In this document: positions 1 through 8,637 of the stretch, in pieces | How positions within the stretch are numbered: the stretch's first letter is position 1 | Layout: each line of letters opens with the position of its first letter | From: a virus | Lineage: Duplodnaviria > Caudoviricetes | Virus record (IMG/VR): IMGVR_UViG_3300031659_000011 | Location: 1-52,998 of that record | Length of the DNA stretch: 52,998 nucleotides | Direction: 5' to 3' (one strand) | The notes under the pieces: generated by a model | What the model was told of the DNA's origin: nothing | Database searches by the model: none | The model's input: only the letters and a program-made list of their open reading frames with translations | Position numbers and translations under genes: made by a program

Positions 1-426
1 CGCCCTAGTTTTTACTACCTGTACATCTTCTACTTGCTGTAAAGAGTTTATATATCCAGAGGTAGCGGAAGTTGCGGTTAAAAGTACCGTATCGACGACC
101 TCTCCATTTACTGCTTGATCTACCTTGTGAGTCAAAGTACCAGTTATGTTGTTAATCCTTGTCTTGAATCTGTCTAGGTAATAGACCCATGCGGCACTCA
201 GCGAGGTAGCTGATGTATATGTACCTCGCTGGCTTACCAAGTGTGAACCGTTGATAATCAGATTCTTACGCCCACCAACGGCATTAACTCTGGTAGTCAA
301 AGCATTCGTTAAACCTGTGTCAGCCAGCGTACCGCCGCCAGTAGGCAACGTCAGCGTCTCATTCGCACTAGTTGTGCTATCCAACGTGACACCGCCACCA
401 TTGCTATTCTTGATGATTAAACTCAT
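1..426 (-). CDS. Tail fibre/receptor-binding-type protein, partial (runs off the left edge; not in ORF track)
   Basis: The ATG at 426 overlaps the TGA of the 657-aa fibre gene (ATGA). The frame is open to base 1: MSLIIKNSNGGGVTLDST...GRKNLIINGSHLVSQRGT..., and the NxIING..xxQRG motif is typical of phage tail proteins. Confidence 0.7.
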   Translation of the reverse strand, partial: MSLIIKNSNGGGVTLDSTTSANETLTLPTGGGTLADTGLTNALTTRVNAVGGRKNLIINGSHLVSQRGTYTSATSLSAAWVYYLDRFKTRINNITGTLTHKVDQAVNGEVVDTVLLTATSATSGYINSLQQVEDVQVVKTRA

Positions 427-2396
427 AGGATTACCCACGTTGAGCCAGATGCCACAGTTACCGTGTACCCGCTGTTGATTGTAATTGGGCCGATGCTAGA
501 GCCATTTTCAGACCCAGCAAAGGTGATGTTCTCAGCTATCACTTTAGCGTTAGTCCGTATTACTGAGTCAGTCCCAAGTGAAGGGCCACCACCTCCGATC
601 TCACCCCATCCTGCGGAGGTATAACCTTCAAAGGCCGCTTCCGTAGAGTTGTATCTGAGGCGACCTGTATTCGTTCCTGCTGGGCGTTGTGCCGTTGTGC
701 CTTGTGAAACTTGGAGAGAACCTGTGGATGTATTGCTTACATCGCCAGTTAGCGCACCGCCCGTCTTCGGTAGCGCCAAGGCATCTTTTGCATCTATCTG
801 CGCCTGAGTGTAGGTATCGGATAACTGAAAGAAGCTGAATGCGGATACTTCCAGTAAGTCTCCAGATAATGCTCCTGCCCCTAAAGTTACTGTGTTAGTA
901 CCCGTATTGACAGTGTAATCGGTCGTTAAGATTAGTTTTACACCATTAAGGAAAACGTGCATCCCTGTCTGTGAATCAAAAGCCATTGAAAGGGAGTTAG
1001 CGTCATTACCCGCAAACGCGGTCTGCCCTGCCGTGGCAACGTATTTAAATGTTTGAGTTAGCCCTGAGATCGCAGAAGAAACGCCAATCCACGAGGAACC
1101 ATCCCAGACTTGCATCTTGTCAGTCGTGGAGTTGAAGTACATGGCCCCTGTGAGGATAGCCGCACCATCATTGTCAACGGAGGGCGCTGAACTTTTAGCA
1201 CCTAGAAATCTGTCATCGAAAGCATCGTATGAGAGTTCTGCGGCCGCCTTTGCCGCCTCAGCAAGAACCACATCGGCATTCGTCAGTACAACATCTGCAT
1301 TAGTAATAACTACGTCTGCATTAGTAATAACTACGTCTGCATTAGTAGCAGTTTTATCATTGCCCGTGGCGGTGCGGTCTAATGCTGTTTGCACCTTATC
1401 TGCTTCTGCTAATACAACATCTGCGTGTGTAAGAACAACATCTGCGTGTGTAAGAACAACATCAGCGACTGTCAAAACGAGGTCGGCTGCAGTGTCTATT
1501 GTGTCTTGGTTAGTAGATACTAGGTCCGCTGCGGTATCAATAGTATCTTGATTAGTTAAAACTAAATCTGCCGCTACTGCTGTTCTATCCAGCCCAGTTT
1601 GGACTTTATCTGCCTCAGCAAGAACAACGTCAGCATGAGTTAAGACTACATCAGCGTGCGTAAGAACTACATCAGCGTTTGTTAGTACAACATCGGCGTT
1701 TGTTATAGCTGCTGTGGCTACTCTATCCAGCCCCGTGGCTACCCGATCAAGACCTGTTTGCACTTTATCTGCTTCAGCTAAAACTACGTCTGCGTTCGTA
1801 AGCACCACGTCTGCATTTGTAGCTGTTTTGTCGTTGCCAGTTGCTACCCTGTCTAATCCCGTTTGAACCTTGTCGGCTTCGGCGAGAACCACATCAGCGT
1901 GCGTAAGAACTACATCAGCGTGCGTAAGAACTACATCAGCGTTGGTTATAACTTTGTTAGCCTCAATCAACCCCACTACGTTAGGGGACATAGACATGAG
2001 CACATATCGGCCATTAACGCTTTCGTACCGCACGGCCACTGGCTGGTTCAGCACTATGGCGCCAGAGGCTAGTGAGGTACCGTCGGCATTCACAATGCTT
2101 TTAGCTCCTAAGGAGTTAAGATTTAGCGTGGTGGCCCCCGTGTTAGCGACCGCGGCTTTAAATACTAAGCTCATTCCGTCAGTTAACGTCAGAGTCTGGG
2201 GGAGGGAGGCTACATAAGCATTGGCGCTACCAGTGGCAACGGCGTAGTTATATCTGTTTTCGTCTAGCTCTAATTTAGAAGGCATCTTGTCGAAGCCTGT
2301 CTCTATTGCGAGAGCTACATTATTAATGTGACCAGCTACCGCGGTGGTGCCGGTAACTACTACATTGTCTGAGTGTATGAAATAATCGTTAGACAT
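423..2396 (-). CDS. Tail fibre protein with long heptad-repeat stalk
   Basis: TNADVVL/THADVVL heptads, the YDAFDDRFLGAK motif, and a C-terminal GTTAQRP...LRYNST...GPITINSGYTVTV typical of phage fibres; lies after the nozzle gene. Confidence 0.85.
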   Translation of the reverse strand: MSNDYFIHSDNVVVTGTTAVAGHINNVALAIETGFDKMPSKLELDENRYNYAVATGSANAYVASLPQTLTLTDGMSLVFKAAVANTGATTLNLNSLGAKSIVNADGTSLASGAIVLNQPVAVRYESVNGRYVLMSMSPNVVGLIEANKVITNADVVLTHADVVLTHADVVLAEADKVQTGLDRVATGNDKTATNADVVLTNADVVLAEADKVQTGLDRVATGLDRVATAAITNADVVLTNADVVLTHADVVLTHADVVLAEADKVQTGLDRTAVAADLVLTNQDTIDTAADLVSTNQDTIDTAADLVLTVADVVLTHADVVLTHADVVLAEADKVQTALDRTATGNDKTATNADVVITNADVVITNADVVLTNADVVLAEAAKAAAELSYDAFDDRFLGAKSSAPSVDNDGAAILTGAMYFNSTTDKMQVWDGSSWIGVSSAISGLTQTFKYVATAGQTAFAGNDANSLSMAFDSQTGMHVFLNGVKLILTTDYTVNTGTNTVTLGAGALSGDLLEVSAFSFFQLSDTYTQAQIDAKDALALPKTGGALTGDVSNTSTGSLQVSQGTTAQRPAGTNTGRLRYNSTEAAFEGYTSAGWGEIGGGGPSLGTDSVIRTNAKVIAENITFAGSENGSSIGPITINSGYTVTVASGSTWVIL

Positions 2397-4453
2397 TAGC
2401 GTCTTAAACCTCGTATTGTATAGTGGTAGCTCGCGCCTAATAAACTATGGGGCCGCTCGTAGTTGGATTCGCCTCTGATTACCAGAGATATGTTTATGCC
2501 GCTGCCGTCTATGTAGCCCTCAGCCTGACCTACTATCTGAGCGCCCCATACAAATTCACCCCAGACTGCGCCTCCCCAAGTTCCGCCCCTAGCGTACATT
2601 TCATCCGAAAAAGCTACGGTGTTGGCTACCGGTTGGTCCCCTCCGCCATAGGAAAATTCAGAGGTAAAAGAAAGGGGAGGGGGTTCTATCGCGTCTATAT
2701 CTAATACAACTTTAAAGTACTTTTTACGGTTTCGGGGCTTACCCATGTTAGCGAAGGGTAGTCGGAGAAAGTAGGATATTAAGGCCCCATTAAACGAATC
2801 ACCTTTCTCCATCTGGTATATAAATCCGTCGGAAGACCCGAAAAATAACTCCTCTACACCCGATGCGTTCTCGACAGAGCAGGTAACCAGAGCGGCTATA
2901 GGGAACGAAAAGGGTATGAAAGAGGGTAGACCTTCGCTATCAAACATCGCGATAAGCCCAGATCCATCTGAAAAGAACAGACGGTATTGGTCTTTAGACC
3001 TGATCCTAATAGAGGACTGCACAAGAGCTTTTTTACTTTGAAGATAAGAGTTAACCAGTAGAGATAAAGTGTTGCCGGTGAAATCACCGAAGTCTTGAGT
3101 GGTGTTTAAATCGTTTATTCCTCGGTCGTCTAGGAACACGGTGCTCCTCATGTTTTGAACCGTCCACTCTATCGCACCAGTTTTTGCGCTGTGTTCTACG
3201 AGATTCCAGTCTACAGAGGAAGTACCATAAAGTAGATACACGTGTTGTCGGTTTAGTATGCTTAACACGTCTCCCGGAACCTTAGAAAAGGCCGCAACGT
3301 CATCTCCTGTGGATATCTCTGCCGCGCCTAATATAGCTGACCACGTGTAGGGGTCCCCCGCAACGGAGTGCTGTACCGAGCTAGAAAAAGAGTAAAACAA
3401 GTGTTTTTTGTGTTCGATTACGTGCTGAGGCTTATCAACCACCATGCCTGTGTGTACGTGGGAAAAATCAGTTCCATCATACGAAAAACCGTAGCCTACC
3501 CCATTCACCCCGTAGAGGGCCGTGGTGCCTGTAGCTCCGAAGAAATTAGTTGTTACAAATTCATACCGCCCAGCGGGTGGCAGGGTCACCACGGTCTGAG
3601 ACACCGTCACAGCTAAGGCACCGCCGGAGGCTAGAGCTCCCGTGGCAAACGTACCCCCTGTTAAGGATTTTACATACACCCTGCCAATGGCGTTATTAGT
3701 CGCAAAAGATCCTGAAATTATACCTACGCTAACTACTACTGCAGTTTGCGAGCCTCCATTGGCGGTTATCGTAGCGCCTACTGCGGGGGTTATAGTCCCT
3801 GTTGTATATGTTAAGTAGTGTCCGAGAGTAACAGCAACCCACCCTGAAGCGGTAGATTTGAACATAACTCCAGCGGTTTGACCCGAGTTGTCTCTGATGG
3901 CGTACTTAACCCCTAAAAAGGACCATACGCCCCTTATTGATCCTGCTCCGGGGACAGCAGCTATACTCACCCTAGTGGCCTCTCTAGCCGCCCTTAGGTG
4001 TACGTTCTCAACCGCGTGGCTTAGAGGCGGGCGTAACTCGCTAACTGCGGATGCAACCGCTCTTGTTGCTGATATGTTTAGATTTTCCCCGCTAGTGTAC
4101 AGACCCGAAGCCCCATACACTACTATGTATCCCGCGGCATCTGACCCCCAAGTCCCTGCGGTGGTCTCTACACTTAGTACTTTACTGGTTGTACCTGATG
4201 TGCCTCCGGTTATAGTTTCCCCGACTGCGGGTATAGTTCCACTTCCTGTAGAATAATACACGTACCAAAAAGTAGCGTCAGAAGGATTAGGTTGCCCATC
4301 AAAAGCCTCGTAGCCCTCAATTCGGCGGTATCCACCAGTTACGATAGGTTCGTAATTAGAGCCCGCTATAAGGGCCCCAGCGCTTATGGAGAGGGGAGGC
4401 GTGGCTTGATCTAACCCGCCCTTTAATGGAAAGCTATAAACGCGTTGGCCCAT
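2396..4453 (-). CDS. Tail nozzle/stabilisation protein (P22 gp10 / tail tubular B-like)
   Basis: 685 aa, beta-rich; GGL near the N-terminus and a WGxxxWGxFxWG motif near the C-terminus; follows the adaptor gene. Confidence 0.7.
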   Translation of the reverse strand: MGQRVYSFPLKGGLDQATPPLSISAGALIAGSNYEPIVTGGYRRIEGYEAFDGQPNPSDATFWYVYYSTGSGTIPAVGETITGGTSGTTSKVLSVETTAGTWGSDAAGYIVVYGASGLYTSGENLNISATRAVASAVSELRPPLSHAVENVHLRAAREATRVSIAAVPGAGSIRGVWSFLGVKYAIRDNSGQTAGVMFKSTASGWVAVTLGHYLTYTTGTITPAVGATITANGGSQTAVVVSVGIISGSFATNNAIGRVYVKSLTGGTFATGALASGGALAVTVSQTVVTLPPAGRYEFVTTNFFGATGTTALYGVNGVGYGFSYDGTDFSHVHTGMVVDKPQHVIEHKKHLFYSFSSSVQHSVAGDPYTWSAILGAAEISTGDDVAAFSKVPGDVLSILNRQHVYLLYGTSSVDWNLVEHSAKTGAIEWTVQNMRSTVFLDDRGINDLNTTQDFGDFTGNTLSLLVNSYLQSKKALVQSSIRIRSKDQYRLFFSDGSGLIAMFDSEGLPSFIPFSFPIAALVTCSVENASGVEELFFGSSDGFIYQMEKGDSFNGALISYFLRLPFANMGKPRNRKKYFKVVLDIDAIEPPPLSFTSEFSYGGGDQPVANTVAFSDEMYARGGTWGGAVWGEFVWGAQIVGQAEGYIDGSGINISLVIRGESNYERPHSLLGASYHYTIRGLRR

Positions 4454-5121
4454 TACTGAGGCCTAACTACCCACTGGCCCGCTCGGACTAGTTTGTACTT
4501 AGCCTGCAAAGACCGCAGTAGACTAGTGTACTCAGAATTAGCATATGAGTACACATCAGTGGTTTCTTCGTAGCCTGCGTAATCTAGCAGGGCCCTGTAT
4601 AATATAATGTCGTGGTACTGGGACGGGATGGCTGGAGTGTCTGCGTTAGCTGTTAACACTTGGGCATCTGTCTGGTACTCAAACCCGACGGTGTAGGGTA
4701 CATCAGGCGCGGGGTAAAAACGCAAGCCGCCACTAGGCATTCTAGTGACTACTGTGGGGGTGCCATCATCAGAGGTCACTGCCCCAAACTTTAGTTGAAA
4801 ACCCTTCCAGTCTTCATATCTTACTCGGTACTTAGCGGAGGGGCCTACCGAGGTTTTAAATAAGGTTATTGAGTCCGTGTGTATGACATCAACATTGGTT
4901 AGTACATAGTCGCTGGTCGAGGCTATGGTTTCAAAAGGGGTGTACTCAGCCCACATCCACGTCCAATCATACGGCAGTGTTTGTATCTTAACCCAAGCTT
5001 CTCTAACCCAAGTTACTATGCGCTGATACTCGCCCACTTGACCCGTAACAGCAACAGGGCCGGTACCTGCGATACCAGCCTTGCTTCTGAAATCTTTACA
5101 AATAGAAAGATAGTCGGCCAT
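4453..5121 (-). CDS. Head-tail adaptor (tail tubular A-like)
   Basis: 222 aa with LRFYPAPD and PAIPSQYHDIILYRAL motifs; position after the capsid genes. Confidence 0.7.
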   Translation of the reverse strand: MADYLSICKDFRSKAGIAGTGPVAVTGQVGEYQRIVTWVREAWVKIQTLPYDWTWMWAEYTPFETIASTSDYVLTNVDVIHTDSITLFKTSVGPSAKYRVRYEDWKGFQLKFGAVTSDDGTPTVVTRMPSGGLRFYPAPDVPYTVGFEYQTDAQVLTANADTPAIPSQYHDIILYRALLDYAGYEETTDVYSYANSEYTSLLRSLQAKYKLVRAGQWVVRPQ

Positions 5122-5364
5122 CTACTTAAATGAACCAGCGTCTTTATCAGCCTCTTTAGATGCAGCCATGGCCGCATTAAGAGCGGACTTAGCGGCTGCG
5201 GCGGCTTTGTCAGCTGCGTTTTTTAAAGCGTTTTGGTGCTTAGTTTTCTCGGCTGCGTTTGCGTAATCGCCTTCGTAAGAATACCGAACTCCGGCTTGTG
5301 AAAAACGAGCTCTGTCTTTAGTTACGCCGCGGATGACGCTGAAAGGTTTGCTTTTATCTAACAT
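5122..5364 (-). CDS. Hypothetical protein
   Basis: 80 aa, translationally coupled to both neighbours. Confidence 0.6.
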   Translation of the reverse strand: MLDKSKPFSVIRGVTKDRARFSQAGVRYSYEGDYANAAEKTKHQNALKNAADKAAAAAKSALNAAMAASKEADKDAGSFK

Positions 5365-5573
5365 TACATAGGTTCCCGATCAGATAGACCTGATTTTGAG
5401 GCATCGGACTCTGTCCAGCTGCGCGTTGTTTCGTGATCATGGTCAACTTGACCCCTAATTATGCCTACGCCATTACGCGCCCGACCTCCAACACTGTGGT
5501 TCTTTGAGTTGGACATCTTGTTGCCGACGTGCTCTGAACTCTCTGGCATGATGCCATAAGCGCTGTATCGCAT
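5364..5573 (-). CDS. Hypothetical protein
   Basis: 69 aa; GGAG RBS upstream. Confidence 0.55.
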   Translation of the reverse strand: MRYSAYGIMPESSEHVGNKMSNSKNHSVGGRARNGVGIIRGQVDHDHETTRSWTESDASKSGLSDREPM

Positions 5574-5589
5574 TTCTTTTCTCCAAGTG

Positions 5590-5618
5590 AAAAGGGGTCA
5601 GACTAATGTCAGACCCCT
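5590..5618 (-). terminator. Probable intrinsic terminator after the capsid genes
   Basis: Minus strand reads GGGGTCTGAC-ATTA-GTCTGACCCC-TTTT (one internal mismatch). Confidence 0.55.
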
Positions 5619-5646
5619 CATATTAACACTCACGAACGTCAATAGT

Positions 5647-5847
5647 CTAGTCGCGACTTTTGAAAGTCCCACGGTCTGATGACACTGAGTTCATCGTCCC
5701 TACTGGGCGTTGCGTTCCTTCGCTAGTTTCGCTACGAAGTTTAGTGCTGTGGTTATGGGCTTCGCGTGAGCTAAGACCCAAATCGATAGGGTTACCACTA
5801 ATAGTAGCCTTATCGCCTTTTCCTAGTGAACCAATTGAGTTTCTCAT
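5647..5847 (-). CDS. Hypothetical protein
   Basis: 66 aa; AAGGAG RBS. Confidence 0.6.
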   Translation of the reverse strand: MRNSIGSLGKGDKATISGNPIDLGLSSREAHNHSTKLRSETSEGTQRPVGTMNSVSSDRGTFKSRD

Positions 5848-5860
5848 AAATTAGATCTCC

Positions 5861-6235
5861 TTAAGACCATTCGACAGTAACAAGAACGTCACCATCACCA
5901 GCGGCTGCGCCGCCATTAGAACTGATCTGCCAAGCGTCGTCAGCAGCAATCTTGTTGCCTAGGGCGCCAGCGGTTACGCCAGTTGTGATAGTGCCGACTG
6001 AACTAGCCGGAACTGATAGGTACGCGTACCCATCTTGGTCGCCACCCGCAACACCAATTTCGATGATGGTAGGGTTAGTAGTTAACGCAACTGTACAGTA
6101 GACAGTGATCGAGGTTACTCGACCCGTGAGGCCAGCGATTGCTGGGATGTTCTCACCACCGACAAGGACAGCGTCAGTATCTAACGCGGCTCCATCGAAA
6201 AAATGAGTGGTTTGTATTCCGTTTGAATAGCTCAT
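5861..6235 (-). CDS. Probable capsid decoration/structural protein
   Basis: Gly/Ala/Thr-rich beta protein directly after the major capsid gene. GAGGAG RBS supports the ATG at 6235 rather than 6265. Confidence 0.55.
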   Translation of the reverse strand: MSYSNGIQTTHFFDGAALDTDAVLVGGENIPAIAGLTGRVTSITVYCTVALTTNPTIIEIGVAGGDQDGYAYLSVPASSVGTITTGVTAGALGNKIAADDAWQISSNGGAAAGDGDVLVTVEWS

Positions 6236-6246
6236 AGTTATCTCCT

Positions 6247-7197
6247 CTAAGCTGCTGATGACCACTTCATGATACGGTTTTGAGCCGCGCCAGAAGCATT
6301 ATGAACGATCTTAAAGCCTTCAAGAGCATACCAAGCTACACCTTTGTCTCGGCCAAAATCTCCGGGAAGTTTACCACGGATTTCTGGAGGACAAACGATA
6401 GCTTCAATAACTGTGTCTTCGCCGAAAAAGAAAGCTTCGTCAGAAACAGCATTGCTCCAACCCTTAGAAGCAACACGAGTTTGCTCAAAAAAGCGGATGC
6501 CTTCAAAATGTCTACCAACTTCGCCGTTAAGAATCTGGTTAAAACCTTCAGCAACGTGCTGAACGATAGGCTCTAGGTCATCTTTAAAATCACGGAAAGT
6601 AGCAGGACGACCAATACAACGGTAAGAACCGTCTGAGTATACAGGTACGTCACGCTCTTTAAGCTCGTCAGAGATAAGCTTAACATGTACGTGGTTCATG
6701 GCTAGGTTGTTAGTTTGTGCTGCAGTGCCATCAGTCTCTACTGAAATAGCGGTAGCGCTGTTTCCTGAGTCTGGAGTTACTGTCAACAAAGTAGAAGCAA
6801 ATTCATTATAAGCTTCAGTCTCGAACGCTTTAGTACAGTCGTTCTTAAGTGCTTTGTGGATTATCTGCTTCACTGGGTGGCGAGCTGAGTCATCTAAGCG
6901 ACCGCTGTAAGGGACAGAGTTACCGAATTCATACACGGTACCTGAGTCTTGAGTGATAGTAAAACCAGTTTCAGGCATACGTTGGTTTTCAGCCAATCGT
7001 CCGCCTTGAGTGGCTACATCTGAATAATTGTTCCACTGAAATGCGTCACCAGCGTGCAGACCTTTATCAGTCTGATCATCGGCGTCACAATGTTGAACAA
7101 ATCGTGTCATTGGTTGAAGAGCGTTACGCAATACATCAGAGAGTTCCCCTGAGTACATGTAGCCGCCTTCTGCATTGGTTTCCCAAACTTGGCTCAT
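6247..7197 (-). CDS. Major capsid protein (HK97 fold, N4-gp56-like)
   Basis: 316 aa after the scaffold; motifs EFGNSV, ILNGEVGRHFEGIRFFE and DFGRDKGVAWY. Confidence 0.85.
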   Translation of the reverse strand: MSQVWETNAEGGYMYSGELSDVLRNALQPMTRFVQHCDADDQTDKGLHAGDAFQWNNYSDVATQGGRLAENQRMPETGFTITQDSGTVYEFGNSVPYSGRLDDSARHPVKQIIHKALKNDCTKAFETEAYNEFASTLLTVTPDSGNSATAISVETDGTAAQTNNLAMNHVHVKLISDELKERDVPVYSDGSYRCIGRPATFRDFKDDLEPIVQHVAEGFNQILNGEVGRHFEGIRFFEQTRVASKGWSNAVSDEAFFFGEDTVIEAIVCPPEIRGKLPGDFGRDKGVAWYALEGFKIVHNASGAAQNRIMKWSSAA

Positions 7198-7221
7198 TTT
7201 ATTAATTCCTATAAAAGTGTT

Positions 7222-8322
7222 TTATAACTGACCACGGCTCTGCGCTATTCGCTTGACGTACTCAGATCTAGTTTCATGCTGTGCAGGTGGGGTTCCTTGG
7301 AACCTGCCAGTGCCTGCCACAGGTCGTGCAATCACACGCTTCTCTTCTGCTTTGGTAGTCATAGATGCGGTGGGTCCTCTAGTTGTTCCTCTCCAATCCA
7401 TCACGTTTTCATACGCGGTGTCTAATATCTCTTGGGGGGTAAACTCAGGGTTAGCCCTTCTAACTACGTCAGTCTCCATGTCTACTAATTCAAATAGCCT
7501 AGGGTCGGACTTAACGTCGGGGTGTGCCGTAAAGAGAACGTCTCGCGCCTTATACACCTGCTTGGAGTACTCACGCGTTTCAATTAGTTGTGCAGCCCTT
7601 TCTGCAGCTCTGTATTCACGCGCATCAACTTCGTCTTTAGTTTCTTTGGTAGCTACTGGTGTAGCATCTCGGAGGGTAAGTAGTTGAGTCATCGCTTCAT
7701 CAGCAGCTTCATCATCGCCATCCAACAAAGCCTCGCGGTGATATTTCACCAGCTCGACCAGTTTCTTGTGATCGCCTGACTTGGCAGGTGGATCATTTCT
7801 TACAGGCTCATCAGGAGGAGGTAGGGCCTTTTTAGCTGCGATCTGATACTCTTGTGCTACAAGGGCTTCAGCTCGCCTATCTAATTCTTTTGTCCTAGCT
7901 GCGATATCTTGAAAGCCTTGGCTAACGGCCATTTCTTTCTGGTAAGCCTGTATTCCGCCTGCTTTATCGATTCGCTCTTGCTCGACTTCTCTGATCGTAC
8001 CATTAACTTTGACAGAAACCAAACCCGAATCCATTGTTTCTGGCCCTATATCACTATTTAATTCATTTTGGACACTTTCCTTGCCAAATTTTCGGTGTTT
8101 TTGGTCGTGCTTGGCAGCTATCGCCATTCTGGGGTCTTCAGTAATTACAGGGGGCGTGGGGCTTTCTGTTTCAGGTGCATCTACGGGGTCACTGGACTCA
8201 GCTAGTATTTCCTCAGTCTCAGGGGGGATGATGATGTCTTGGTCTTCTCGGACGTTTACAACTTTTGGTGCTGATGTTATTGACATTGTGGTGCCTCTAT
8301 AGTCGCCCCGCGGGGTGGACAT
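7222..8322 (-). CDS. Capsid scaffolding protein
   Basis: Charged, helical protein with the VSVKVNG..REV motif, between portal and major capsid genes; start uncertain. Confidence 0.7.
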   Translation of the reverse strand: MSTPRGDYRGTTMSITSAPKVVNVREDQDIIIPPETEEILAESSDPVDAPETESPTPPVITEDPRMAIAAKHDQKHRKFGKESVQNELNSDIGPETMDSGLVSVKVNGTIREVEQERIDKAGGIQAYQKEMAVSQGFQDIAARTKELDRRAEALVAQEYQIAAKKALPPPDEPVRNDPPAKSGDHKKLVELVKYHREALLDGDDEAADEAMTQLLTLRDATPVATKETKDEVDAREYRAAERAAQLIETREYSKQVYKARDVLFTAHPDVKSDPRLFELVDMETDVVRRANPEFTPQEILDTAYENVMDWRGTTRGPTASMTTKAEEKRVIARPVAGTGRFQGTPPAQHETRSEYVKRIAQSRGQL

Positions 8323-8325
8323 TGG

Positions 8326-8637
8326 TTAGTAGTTATTTAGATCTTCTTCTTGCAGTTCCTGCATGGCTAGCTTGCCGGAATCGACAGCTTCGTTTAGCCA
8401 CTTAATCACGTTCATAGGCACTTGTATGTCCATTCGCGCTTCTATATTACCGCCTGTATCACTCGGCGACACTTTGAAAAGTTCGGTGAAGCCTTTTTCA
8501 ATCTCAGCCTCCGCGCGCTCTACTAAGTACCTTCCTAAGCTGGATCTAAGAAACCCCTCGGCCTCTAGGCCCAACTTAGCTCTGTCCATCGTTAAATCTT
8601 GGTTGCCACTCGGCGTGTACGGTTTTCTTCCCATCAT
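8326..8637 (-). CDS. Small conserved head-module protein (Bbp19-like position)
   Basis: 103 aa helical protein between portal and scaffold. Confidence 0.5.
   Translation of the reverse strand: MMGRKPYTPSGNQDLTMDRAKLGLEAEGFLRSSLGRYLVERAEAEIEKGFTELFKVSPSDTGGNIEARMDIQVPMNVIKWLNEAVDSGKLAMQELQEEDLNNY

Noticed and set aside
1117-2217. Plus-strand ORFs opposite the fibre gene (and similar antisense ORFs opposite the large virion genes)
   Set aside because: These are shadow frames of strongly coding minus-strand genes.
423-2396. Diversity-generating retroelement acting on the tail fibres
   Set aside because: No reverse transcriptase and no TR/VR pair with adenine-specific differences were seen.
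6247-6298. Programmed -1 frameshift extending the major capsid protein into the next gene
   Set aside because: The -1 frame is open only over a short overlap, there is no XXXYYYZ heptamer, and the next gene has its own strong RBS.
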